Source of the DNA: Kiritimatiellia bacterium
Lineage (GTDB): Bacteria; Verrucomicrobiota; Kiritimatiellia; RFP12; UBA1067
Direction of reading: 5' to 3'
NCBI GenBank assembly: GCA_050949565.1
Contig: JBMNFY010000008.1
Coordinates: forward strand, 1-64,000
DNA length: 64,000 nt
A program made the translations under genes and the position numbers. The first letter of the stretch is position 1; the number at the start of each line of letters is the position of its first letter. Shown here one piece after another: positions 38,538 through 47,722 of the stretch. The notes beneath the pieces were generated by a model. The model saw nothing but the letters and a program-made list of their open reading frames with translations. It was not told the origin of the DNA and made no database searches.

Positions 38538-39101
38538 ATGAACGTCGCTCACAGGTGGTTGGCTCTCATCGGACTCGCATTCGCGGTACAGGCAAAGGAG
38601 GTTGCCCCGCTCTTCCCCTTTGTAATCTCGTATGACGGACCGGACAATGCGTCGAGCGTGGCGCATCTGCTGGACGCACCTGCGGGCCGACACGGTTTTG
38701 TAAGGGCGCAGGGTGGTCATTTCGTTACCGATGCTGGACCGATCCGCTTTCATGGGACAAACCTGACCGGTCCCGCGAACTTCCCTTCGCGCGCGGACGC
38801 CGACAAGTTAGCCGCGCGGCTCGCCCGCTTCGGCATCAACTGTGTGCGCTTGCACTTCATGGACACCTGGTACGTGAATTTTATGACGCGACCCACCCAG
38901 GGGATTCTGGCCGACGACACGCATACGCAGCGCGAACTGGATCCGAAGCAACTCGACCGGTTGGATTACATGATCGCGGCATTCAAACGCGCCGGCATCT
39001 ACGTGAACATCAACCTGCATGTCGGTCGCACACTGGACGAGCGCGACGGCCTCCCCGGCATCAAGGGCTTGTCGTGGGCCAACAAAGGCATCGGGCAGTT
39101 T
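38538..39101 (+). pseudogene. N-terminal fragment of a secreted GH5-like TIM-barrel glycoside hydrolase, cut by IS copy 2
   Basis: Signal peptide; IRFHGTN, GINCVRLHFMD, GIYVNINLH. The ORF runs into the IS end at 39102. Confidence 0.8.
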
Positions 39102-40550
39102 AAGGAGTTTCCCCAAAAAATCTGGTCATTCCAGAAAGACCAGTCCGAGCGGGTTTGATTCGGGGTCTGGCGGCTTGTAGCCGTACCATTTCCCGTGGCG
39201 CGTGAAGAGCCTCCCGAGGCCGTCGGCGACGGCGTAGTGGAGGAACTCGGCCACGCCGTAGATGCGCTTGGCGGCGTGGGTGATGTTGGTCGTCAGGATC
39301 TCGCAGCGCAGCCGTCCGGCCAGCCAGACGCAGTTGAAGTAGATGACGGCCAGCAGCAGAGCGACCATGTTTTTCAGGCGCCGGTACGTCAGGACCCGGA
39401 CGTCCTCGAGGTTGTAGCTCTGCTTGACGAAGCGGATCGCGTCCTCGACGCGCCACCGCGTCAGATAGCCCTCGACGACCTGCCACAGGGACTTGCGCGA
39501 CGTCGTCCCGGCCAGCGTGGTCAGCAGGAGCATCGGCCGCTCGCCGAACCCCTTCACCACGACCATGCGCAGGGGCTTGTCGGGCCTCTGCGGCAGGGCG
39601 ACGGTCATGGCGCCGAACTCCAGCTTATAGCTTTTCACCCCGTCCCCCGTCTCCCTCGTGACGATCTCGATGTGCTTCATGGGGCAGGATGCCGCCAGTT
39701 CTTCGGCCAGCGCGGTCCGCCGGCCGTGGAGCAGGTTGCGGTTGCCCACGAGGCGCACGATGTAGTCCAGTTTGCGCCGGTCCAGGCCGTCGAACAGCCA
39801 GTCTCCGTCGCCTCCGCGGTCGATGACGTAGATGCCGCGCTTCTTCGCGCGGGAGCTGATCTGGTCGATGACGCCGAGCACCTCGTCGTTCTGGCTGATG
39901 AAGCCCTCCGCCTCGCTCGACCACAGCCGCATGTGCAACGGCGTGATCCGGCGGCCGCCGCTCTCGCAGGCGACCGCCAGGCAGGCGCTGTATCCGTTGC
40001 CGATCTCCCCCGTGCTCCCGTCCCGGACGCGGGCGAGATATTCCATCTTCTTCGCGTACAGCTTACGGATGTCGGTCGGGTCGATGACGATCAGCGTGTC
40101 CTGATGGACGTGACGCGAGCCCAGACGGGCGACAGCGTCGGAAATCCCCTGCTCGATGCCCTCGCTCCCGAGCATCCGGCTCAGCCTGTCCTCCAGTTTC
40201 TTCATCGATATCGGCTCGTCGAGCGCGCGGGCGATCCGGCTGAGCTTCACGTCCTGCGACGCCTGTATCCCGTAGACCATGTCGCCCACGAACTTGCCGA
40301 GCGGCTTGGAAAACCGGGGGGAAAGTTCCCCCAAAAAATTCTTGAGTTGCTCTCGCGCTTTGAACGCCGTTGCGCTATGATTCACGTCGGTTTTCCTTTC
40401 CGGTTTTTGGTTTTTGGTTGAACCGCCATTTTGGCAGAACCGGCGGAGGAAAACCACTTTTTCACTTTCAGGCACGCCCGTCAGAGACGCATCCCCTTTG
40501 TTTTCAAGGACTTAGATATAATTGCCCCCGATTTTTTGGGGAAAGTCCTT
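39102..40550 (-). mobile_element. IS4-family insertion sequence, full copy 2 (inverted)
   Basis: Near-identical to copy 1 (one I-to-V change in the translation); both TIRs present. Confidence 0.92.
39126..40385 (-). CDS. IS4-family DDE transposase
   Basis: Same protein as 9562-10821. Confidence 0.9.
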   Translation of the reverse strand: MNHSATAFKAREQLKNFLGELSPRFSKPLGKFVGDMVYGIQASQDVKLSRIARALDEPISMKKLEDRLSRMLGSEGIEQGISDAVARLGSRHVHQDTLIVIDPTDIRKLYAKKMEYLARVRDGSTGEIGNGYSACLAVACESGGRRITPLHMRLWSSEAEGFISQNDEVLGVIDQISSRAKKRGIYVIDRGGDGDWLFDGLDRRKLDYIVRLVGNRNLLHGRRTALAEELAASCPMKHIEIVTRETGDGVKSYKLEFGAMTVALPQRPDKPLRMVVVKGFGERPMLLLTTLAGTTSRKSLWQVVEGYLTRWRVEDAIRFVKQSYNLEDVRVLTYRRLKNMVALLLAVIYFNCVWLAGRLRCEILTTNITHAAKRIYGVAEFLHYAVADGLGRLFTRHGKWYGYKPPDPESNPLGLVFLE

Positions 40551-40569
40551 ACCTGTCAAGCGGCGGCGG

Positions 40570-40722
40570 CTGGCCGAGACGCTGTTCCTCGGCCACCTGC
40601 GCTACGCGACCTACGGGCGCGGCGACATCGGCTTCTGCCATCCGTTCGTGCACCGTGCCGCGCGGCTCAACCGCACGCTCTTCCTCGCGGGCAACTTCAA
40701 CCTCACGAACACGCATGACCTC
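40570..40722 (+). pseudogene. Internal fragment of a class II glutamine amidotransferase (PurF-like)
   Basis: LFLGHLRYATYG...CHPF...LAGNFNLTN. Confidence 0.7.
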
Positions 40723-40803
40723 GAGGACGAGCGCGACGGCCTTCAGCGTGACATCGCCGCTGCCGCCGGAAACACCAATGTCGAAGGAGTGCAGGCCCTT
40801 CGC

Positions 40804-41031
40804 GTGAGAAACGGGGTCGTAGTTTGACATTAGACAAACAGCAGCGTGAGAAACGGGGTCGTAGTTTGACATTAGACAAACAGCAGAAAGGCGAAGACAA
40901 GGAACGGTGAAATGATAGTGTGAGAAACGGGGTCGTAGTTTGACATTAGACAAACAGCGTGAGAAACGGGGTCGTAGTTTGACATTAGACAAACAGCAGA
41001 AAGGCGAAGACAAGGAACGGTGAAATGATAG
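40804..41031 (+). repeat. Four direct copies of a 39-bp unit and two copies of a 34-bp linker
   Basis: gtgagaaacggggtcgtagtttgacattagacaaacagc at 40804, 40846, 40920 and 40959; agaaaggcgaagacaaggaacggtgaaatgatag follows copies 2 and 4. Confidence 0.92.
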
Positions 41032-41127
41032 CGGCTCGGCTGAAAACCAACGGGTCTTGTATCGGTCGGTTGCGCACGTATCGAGGGTGCTGGAAAAATG
41101 AAATGTCTCATGTCAAACTACGACCCC
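40968..41127. mobile_element. Putative ~160-bp MITE with 24-bp inverted ends GGGGTCGTAGTTTGACAT(T/G)AGACA
   Basis: Inverted copy at 41104-41127 matches 23/24; it truncates the adjacent oxidoreductase gene. Confidence 0.65.
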
Positions 41128-42499
41128 GATAACCCTTGCCGGCGATGTAAGGCACCCAGTTGAAGATTCTCTTCGCATTTTCGCTTTTCTGCTTCGCTGT
41201 CCAGAAGCTGCCGTAGATGGCACGAAAGAGTCGGTCGCGCAGCATCTCCGCATCATCGATTGTATCTTCCGCCGGATCAAGCCCCGCCTCCCACTGCCAC
41301 GTGCCTTTGAGCGCAGAAACGCTCCCGCTGACCTTGGTCGCCCACGGAACATCGGGGAATTCATAATCGTTCGTCTGGGTCTTCGTCGTCCACAGGAGCG
41401 AATTGCCCATCGTGCTCCTGTCGGAGACTTTTGGCGCCCGCTTCGGCTCGTCGTATTCATCCTTTGCCTCGCGTCCGAGCATATACGCCGCCCCCGCCCA
41501 ATAGCCGAGCCATCCATCACCTGTGGCATCGCAGTAGAGCGGCGCGACAAAACGCCGTCTCGCCCCCGTCTCAACATTCCGCGCATCGACCGCAACAATC
41601 TTGCGCGCGGCGTTCGTCACGACTCCGTACGCCCGCCAGCCGGTGTTGATGCTGATGTTCTTGTAGCTCTTGACGAAATTCATGCGTTTCGCATCATCTG
41701 CAGCCATCGAATTGCCGTTAGCGGGCGTGTTCTTTATTGCATCGACAATCCAATGGTATTCTCGTCTCTTCGCCTCAGTCTTGACGCGTATCTCGTCGCT
41801 CGCGTTGCCGCCAAGCTTTGGACGGTCTTGCACGATTGCCACATTCATTCCGGCCTCTGCTGCCGCAACCGCCGCTGCCGTACCTGCCATTCCGCCGCCG
41901 ACAACGACGAAGTCGGCCTTAATGACATCACCCGGCGCACCAACCTCACCTCGCATCTTCGCACGCCATGCCGCAAGTGCGGCAGGAGCGTTCGGCGGCA
42001 TCGCCGTATCTTCAGGGCAAAGGTAGATTGCGTCGCAGCGTCCCTCGAAGCCGGTCAGATCATGGAGCGCAAGAACCTGCGGTCCTTTGCCGACCTTGAC
42101 GGCACCCGCATCAACCCATCCCCAAGTGTCTGGCGCAACGCCGAGTGTATTGGGAAATGTCTGTCCGCCAAGAACAAGCTGAAAGCGGCCAGGTTTCTCG
42201 CCCTTCCAATCGGGCGTCCAGTCTCGCGTCCTCACAAAGGCACGGACACGACCAGGCTTTATGTTGACCCTGGTTTTCGCGTCCGCGACGGGAATGCCCT
42301 TGCCGTGCGCAAGGAGATAGGGCGAACCCATCTGCTCCACGAACTGTGGATCGACAACTCATCCGCCCTTGTCTATAAACGATTCAGCCTCAACAAGGCA
42401 TGTCGACATCTGTGCGGATGCCGACATGGATGCCGTTGCACAAAACGAGACCGCAAGCAGAATGCGACGCATCGATTTGGCAAGGATTGAAGTTTTCAT
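41128..42499 (-). pseudogene. Secreted FAD-dependent oxidoreductase with an internal TGA and a truncated 3' end
   Basis: ATG 42499 and signal peptide; VEAESFIDKGG*VVDPQF (TGA at 42359-42361); VVVGGGMAG; DATGDG; breaks off at YIAGK at the repeat. Confidence 0.85.
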
Positions 42500-42509
42500 T
42501 CCGGAATCC

Positions 42510-45254
42510 CTATTTGAAAACCAAAATCATCCCGGTGGGCTTGGCAAGATAGAGGGTCTTTGTGTCACCGTCCGACATCCACTTGACGCGGGTATCGGTG
42601 ATGGGTGCGTTGGAGACTGCCCAGTTAGCGCTGGATGTGCCGAACGAAGATGGGACCGTGAGGACAGGGACTTTATCGGCTTTGAGCACAGCCTCGGTAA
42701 TCTCCGATGCATCGATGGTGATTGTGCCGGATGCGGAGAATGTTCCAGATACCACTTGAGGTGTTCCTGTAGCCTTCACGGTCGCGCCGGCCGCAAGCGT
42801 AATATTCGTCATCGCGTTGCCGGTCGTGAGAGAGCCGTTCACCAAGAGTGTTCCGTAAGCCGTCCCGCTGAAATTGTTTCCGTTGGCAAGTTTTCCGCCG
42901 TTATAGAAGTTGCTCACGCAGAGGGTCATGGTGCCGTCGATTCGCAACTCTCCCGACGCACCGATGTTCAACGTGCAGTTCGCGCCTGTCGTATTCGCAC
43001 GGGCACACTGAAACGTGCCGCCATTCACGTTAATCGTGCCATCTCCTGTTATGGTCGTGTTGACAAGCCAGAAGCCTGCGGTTCCGTTGAGTGTGAGGGT
43101 ATTCGAGCCGAGCGCAATGCCCGTCTGGTTCCAGCTAGGCGCCATGAGGCCGAAATTTCTCCCGGCAGTCACCGTCGCATCTCCTTCAAGACTTAGATTT
43201 ATGGTCTGATACGTGGTATTGCCGATTGCGGAACCGGTATTGACGAAGAACGCGCCATCTTCCAGCACCACCGATATGGTAAGGTTTTGAACGCCGTTCG
43301 CATCGAACGTCGCGCCGCTCGCCACACGGACGGTGTGGGTGGGATTGGAGGTTCCCGTCCCGCTCTTGCTCGCGACCTTGAGCGTTCCGTTGCTGACGAT
43401 TGTGGTGCCGGTCGAATCGTTGCTGAACGGCCAGCTTACCGTGCCGTCGCCCGTCTTGACGAGAGTGCCGTTGTTCACGATATTGCCGATGCCGCTGATG
43501 TCATCGGCCGTCACTGTCTTGCCAGAGGAGATGACCAAAGTCGAGCCGGTCGCGTCAACGAACTCGATGCACCCAACCGCCACATTCTCATTGACAGTCA
43601 GCGTGTAGTTGCCCGTCGCTGTAATGCGCACGATGTCATCTGAAGCAGGCATGACGCCGCCACTGAGGGTCGTCCAATCCTTGCTAGTGTCGAGCGTCCA
43701 CTTATGAACGGTCTGCGCTGTCACACGCACGTCACAGACACCGTAGCCAGCGGCAGTGTAGCTGTCCGCAATCGCGTTGCCGCTTCCCCACTCCTGCCCA
43801 GTATACAGATTCACGCCCGGATTGCCCCATTTCTGGTTCGGAGCAAAGATGGTCGAGGCATAAATCCCGTCGGCACCGTTCTCGAACGACACGACGGCGC
43901 ATTTGAGCCAGTCTCCGTCGCGCTCCTGATACTCGACGATAATGTTCGTCACGCTTCCGACGTCGTCCTCGTACACCTTCGTATTGTAAGCTGCTGTGGT
44001 CGGTTCAACCGAATCACAGTATTTCGTGCCCACATAGCCACCGGTCAGGCGCCCAGTGAACACGCCTCCCTTGATGTCATCGAGCGTGAGCGTTTTCGAC
44101 GGGTCGGAGAACACCTTGGTCTTGGCAGGATATTTCGCGATGCACTGCGGGATGGCGTATAGTTCCGAAACAGAATAGTTGCCTTCGCCGCCGGCAGAGC
44201 AGTTGCCGCCTGAGCCGTTCGACTTGGTTACAGTCCCGCTCGCGTCGATGGCAAACTTCTGCGCGTTGGCCGTGCCGTTGTAGGAGTAGCACGGCTGCGA
44301 GGCCCAGACGCCGCCCACGCCGTCCACAAGCTGTATGATCGCAGTCTTCTTCATCTCGGACGACTCGAACTGCATCACGATCTTTTCGAGTTTGTCGTTG
44401 GCTGCGTTCGTCCAGCACGTCTTGAAAGCCGCCCAATTATTCGTCACAGGCTTGTCGAGAGCATCGGCCATGCGGAAGCCTGCGACGAAGGCGCAGTCCT
44501 TGAGGTCTTCAAGTGTCACGCCAGGAAAAGCGAGGCTCGAATCCGGCACTGCTTTGACGCCATGGATTCTCAAGCCCCATGCCTTGTAGCCACCGCTCGT
44601 GCCGCTGCCGGTCGGAGCGGTCTGGGCCTTGGCGAACGATGCATTGCTGCCGTCCAGCCCGTACATGCGCCTGTTGTAGTATAACGCGTTGCCGCTGTGG
44701 TAGCACCAGCCAAACTTCTGCACATAGACGCCGCCATCGCCGTTGGTAAGGACGAAGACGACCGCCTTAGCCTGCCCCTCGTCGCTCGTGCCGAACTGGT
44801 ATGCAAGCACATCGACGCTGTTGTTCGTCTTGTGGCGTTGTGGATGGAGTCCCCACGCCGTCGCACGGGCTGTGATGGTATTGTCGCCATCGCCGCCGTC
44901 GAGTTCGGTGATGAGCGTATAACGGTTGATCTCGTCAAGCGTCTTACCGGGAAACGCGAGCTGCGGCTCGTAACCGATTTCTATGTCGGACGCGATGCCC
45001 TCTATCTTGATGGCGGTACAGTCCTGCTTTTCCTTTACCTGATAGTACGTCGTTGTCGACGCTCTTGCGGTGAGAGTCGCTGCAGTGGAAACGGCGGCGA
45101 CAAGCAAAATGCAACGAAATATTTTTGTCAGTGTTGTTTTGTAGAGTAGAGACCCACGCCTCGACGTTGCCGTCGATGCGGCTTCCCCCTCGTCAAACCG
45201 TACGTGCGGATTTCCCGCATACGGCTTTCCATTGAGTGCTTCTCTTTTTGTCAC
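42510..45254 (-). CDS. Large secreted/surface protein with three internal repeats and an autotransporter-associated beta-strand repeat; first 38 codons lie inside the group II intron 3' end
   Basis: Signal peptide KTTLTKIFRCILLVAAVSTAATLTARA starts at 45140; LVKTGDGT...TGTTIVSNGTL repeat; C-terminal PTGMILVFK. Confidence 0.85.
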   Translation of the reverse strand: MTKREALNGKPYAGNPHVRFDEGEAASTATSRRGSLLYKTTLTKIFRCILLVAAVSTAATLTARASTTTYYQVKEKQDCTAIKIEGIASDIEIGYEPQLAFPGKTLDEINRYTLITELDGGDGDNTITARATAWGLHPQRHKTNNSVDVLAYQFGTSDEGQAKAVVFVLTNGDGGVYVQKFGWCYHSGNALYYNRRMYGLDGSNASFAKAQTAPTGSGTSGGYKAWGLRIHGVKAVPDSSLAFPGVTLEDLKDCAFVAGFRMADALDKPVTNNWAAFKTCWTNAANDKLEKIVMQFESSEMKKTAIIQLVDGVGGVWASQPCYSYNGTANAQKFAIDASGTVTKSNGSGGNCSAGGEGNYSVSELYAIPQCIAKYPAKTKVFSDPSKTLTLDDIKGGVFTGRLTGGYVGTKYCDSVEPTTAAYNTKVYEDDVGSVTNIIVEYQERDGDWLKCAVVSFENGADGIYASTIFAPNQKWGNPGVNLYTGQEWGSGNAIADSYTAAGYGVCDVRVTAQTVHKWTLDTSKDWTTLSGGVMPASDDIVRITATGNYTLTVNENVAVGCIEFVDATGSTLVISSGKTVTADDISGIGNIVNNGTLVKTGDGTVSWPFSNDSTGTTIVSNGTLKVASKSGTGTSNPTHTVRVASGATFDANGVQNLTISVVLEDGAFFVNTGSAIGNTTYQTINLSLEGDATVTAGRNFGLMAPSWNQTGIALGSNTLTLNGTAGFWLVNTTITGDGTINVNGGTFQCARANTTGANCTLNIGASGELRIDGTMTLCVSNFYNGGKLANGNNFSGTAYGTLLVNGSLTTGNAMTNITLAAGATVKATGTPQVVSGTFSASGTITIDASEITEAVLKADKVPVLTVPSSFGTSSANWAVSNAPITDTRVKWMSDGDTKTLYLAKPTGMILVFK
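45141..45227 (-). ncRNA. Group II intron ribozyme domains V and VI
   Basis: DV AAGCCGTATGCGGGAAATCCGCACGTACGGTTT (AGC triad, AC bulge) at 45227-45195; GAGGGGG...CTCTACTC DVI with bulged A; ends AC. Confidence 0.93.
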
Positions 45255-45289
45255 GGCTTTCGTCCTTTCTTCGCTTTAAATGGCTGTGA

Positions 45290-45315
45290 ATTATATTTGT
45301 TTTTTTTTCTGTCAA
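45290..45315 (-). promoter_or_regulatory. Consensus -35/-10 hexamers inside the intron, pointing at the 3' exon
   Basis: TTGACA-gaaaaaaaaacaaa-TATAAT. The spacer is only 14 bp and contains A9; TTGACA overlaps the RT stop codon. Confidence 0.55.
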
Positions 45316-46012
45316 ATCCGCGTTCTCGCAGTTACGAGGCGATACAGCCCATAGTGCGCCATCTCGCCATAGTACGAGTCCGCGAACTTCAGTCGGCAGC
45401 GCCGCTGGCTCTTCCTGTTGAGGAATCGCGCCATGCGCTTCAGCACATGGTGGTTCACCTTGCGGAAGGCCCTTGACGGATATCCGACGGAGTAGAACGC
45501 GCCCCATCCCTTCAGCAGTCTGTTCACCCTCTCGACGACGGTTTCGACAGGCAACAACACATTGCGCGAATGCGTCAGTTCGTGGACTTCGCGGCACACC
45601 CTCTTGACCGACTTCGGGGACGGGCCGAAGTGCAGGTACCTCCCGCCCGTCCCGAAGAGCCTGTCCCTCGCCTTCCTGAACTCGTAGCCGAGGAACACGA
45701 GCGACGAGCGTTCCGCGTCGAGGTCGAGGACTTTCGTCTTCTCCCTGTTCACGGTCAGCCCCATCCGCTCTTCGAGTATGCCTTCCACCTTCCGCAGGAA
45801 CCCGTCCCTCCACCTCTTCGCGAGCAGGACGAAATCGTCCGCGTACCGGACTATCGTCATCGTCTGCCCCATCGCTTTCGCCGTGAGGCTGGCTATCGTC
45901 TCGAACCAGTGGAGGTAGATGTTCGACAGAAGCGGGGATATGACGCCGCCCTGCGGCGTCCCCCTCCCCTTGGGTTTCACCATTACGCCGTTGGGTTCTC
46001 TTGCGCACGCTT
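45312..46012 (-). pseudogene. ltrA: 5'-truncated group II intron reverse transcriptase/maturase, no endonuclease domain
   Basis: GTPQGGVISPLLSNIYLH, IVRYADDFV, GLTVNREKT, FLGYEF, and the thumb/X motif VNRLLKGWGAFY. Confidence 0.92.
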
Positions 46013-46770
46013 TCAGCTCCCGCGCGAAGAAGCGCGGCATCTACGTCATCGACCGCGGAGGCGACGGAGACTGGCTGTTCGACGGCCTGGACCGGCGCAA
46101 ACTGGACTACATCGTGCGCCTCGTGGGCAACCGCAACCTGCTCCACGGCCGGCGGACCGCGCTGGCCGAAGAACTGGCGGCATCCTGCCCCATGAAGCAC
46201 ATCGAGATCGTCACGAGGGAGACGGGGGACGGGGTGAAAAGCTATAAGCTGGAGTTCGGCGCCATGACCGTCGCCCTGCCGCAGAGGCCCGACAAGCCCC
46301 TGCGCATGGTCGTGGTGAAGGGGTTCGGCGAGCGGCCGATGCTCCTGCTGACCACGCTGGCCGGGACGACGTCGCGCAAGTCCCTGTGGCAGGTCGTCGA
46401 GGGCTATCTGACGCGGTGGCGCGTCGAGGACGCGATCCGCTTCGTCAAGCAGAGCTACAACCTCGAGGACATCCGGGTCCTGACGTACCGGCGCCTGAAA
46501 AACATGGTCGCTCTGCTGCTGGCCGTCATCTACTTCAACTGCGTCTGGCTGGCCGGACGGCTGCGCTGCGAGATCCTGACGACCAACATCACCCACGCCG
46601 CCAAGCGCATCTACGGCGTGGCCGAGTTCCTCCACTACGCCGTCGCCGACGGCCTCGGGAGGCTCTTCACGCGCCACGGGAAATGGTACGGCTACAAGCC
46701 GCCAGACCCCGAATCAAACCCGCTCGGACTGGTCTTTCTGGAATGACCAGATTTTTTGGGGAAACTCCTT
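46013..46770 (+). mobile_element. IS4-family copy 3, 5'-truncated (3' half of the transposase plus right TIR)
   Basis: Matches copy 1 from position 10088 to the right TIR. Confidence 0.92.
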
Positions 46771-46785
46771 TTATTCTTTCCCCCC

Positions 46786-46814
46786 TTGACCTCTCCGAAC
46801 GCATGTCGCATACT
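46786..46814 (+). promoter_or_regulatory. Putative sigma70 promoter of the dapA operon
   Basis: TTGACC-17 bp-CATACT. Confidence 0.65.
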
Positions 46815-46843
46815 TGTGGCACATCATTTTTTTGAAGGACGTT

Positions 46844-47713
46844 ATGACGCTAACAGGCACATTCACTGCATTAGTGACCCCATTCAACACCGACGGCAGC
46901 GTCGACTACCCCGCGCTGCGCGATCTGGTGAACTGGCAAATCGAAAACGGCGTGACCGGCCTTGTACCGGTCGGCACCACTGGCGAAGCGCCGACACTTG
47001 ACTTCGCCGAACACGCCCAGGTCATCGAAGCTGTCGCCGAGGCTGCGGCCGGCAAATCTGTAATCATCGCCGGCACCGGCGCCAACTCAACCGCCGAGGC
47101 GATCGATCTGACGCGCGACGTGCTGAACGCTGGCGTCGACGCCACGCTACAGGTCACGCCCTACTACAACAAGCCAAACGCTGAAGGGCTCTACCGTCAC
47201 TTTATGTCGGTCGCCGAGTTGGGCCTGCCGGTCGTGCTCTACAACGTGCCGGGACGTACCAGCAAGGAGATCCCGCTGGATGTGGTGGTACGGCTGGCGG
47301 CACATCCCAACATTGTAGCGATCAAGGAGGCGGCCGGCAGCGTGGAGCGCGTCAGCGCCATCCGCAACGCCTGCGATCTGCCGGTGCTGTCCGGCGATGA
47401 CGGTCTGGCGCTCCCCATGATCAGCGTCGGTGCCTGCGGCGTGATCAGCGTGGCGTCGAACGTGATCCCCAAGGAGATGTCGGAGTTGATCCGTCTCGCG
47501 CTCGCGGATGATCTGGTCGGCGCGCGTGAGTTGCACCGTACTTACTACCCCCTGTTCCGCGATCTCTTTATCGATACCAATCCGATTCCGGTGAAAACGG
47601 CACTGACGCTGATGGGGCGGGTCGGCCCGACGTTCCGGCTGCCGCTCTGCGAGCCCTCGGCCGCTGTCCGCGATCAACTGAGCCGCACACTGCGCAGCTT
47701 GAGTCTTCTTTAA
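46844..47713 (+). CDS. dapA: 4-hydroxy-tetrahydrodipicolinate synthase
   Basis: TALVTPF, GTTGE, TPYYNKP, LYNVPGRT, IKEA, TNPIPVK. Confidence 0.96.
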   Translation: MTLTGTFTALVTPFNTDGSVDYPALRDLVNWQIENGVTGLVPVGTTGEAPTLDFAEHAQVIEAVAEAAAGKSVIIAGTGANSTAEAIDLTRDVLNAGVDATLQVTPYYNKPNAEGLYRHFMSVAELGLPVVLYNVPGRTSKEIPLDVVVRLAAHPNIVAIKEAAGSVERVSAIRNACDLPVLSGDDGLALPMISVGACGVISVASNVIPKEMSELIRLALADDLVGARELHRTYYPLFRDLFIDTNPIPVKTALTLMGRVGPTFRLPLCEPSAAVRDQLSRTLRSLSLL

Positions 47714-47722
47714 TCCCCAAAC

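Larger units (their letters stand above)
45141..46012 (-). mobile_element. Group II intron, 3' half (partial RT/maturase ORF, DV, DVI, 3' splice site)
   Basis: RT ORF followed by canonical DV/DVI and the ...CTCTACTCTAC 3' end; the 5' part is replaced by IS copy 3. Confidence 0.92.

Noticed and set aside
39100-40552. TA target-site duplication around IS copy 2
   Set aside because: It requires trimming the TIRs, is absent at copies 1 and 3, and the two flanks belong to different genes.
40804-41031. CRISPR array (39-bp repeats, 34-bp linkers)
   Set aside because: Two repeat pairs have 0-3 bp between them, the two linkers are identical, an inverted copy closes the structure, and no cas gene is present.
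42359-42361. TGA recoding (Trp or Sec) in the oxidoreductase
   Set aside because: TGA terminates many intact genes in this window and this gene is also 3'-truncated; a TGG-to-TGA nonsense change is simpler.
45312-46012. Retron, DGR or defence-type RT
   Set aside because: A YADD RT with a maturase X domain followed by canonical DV/DVI identifies a group II intron.
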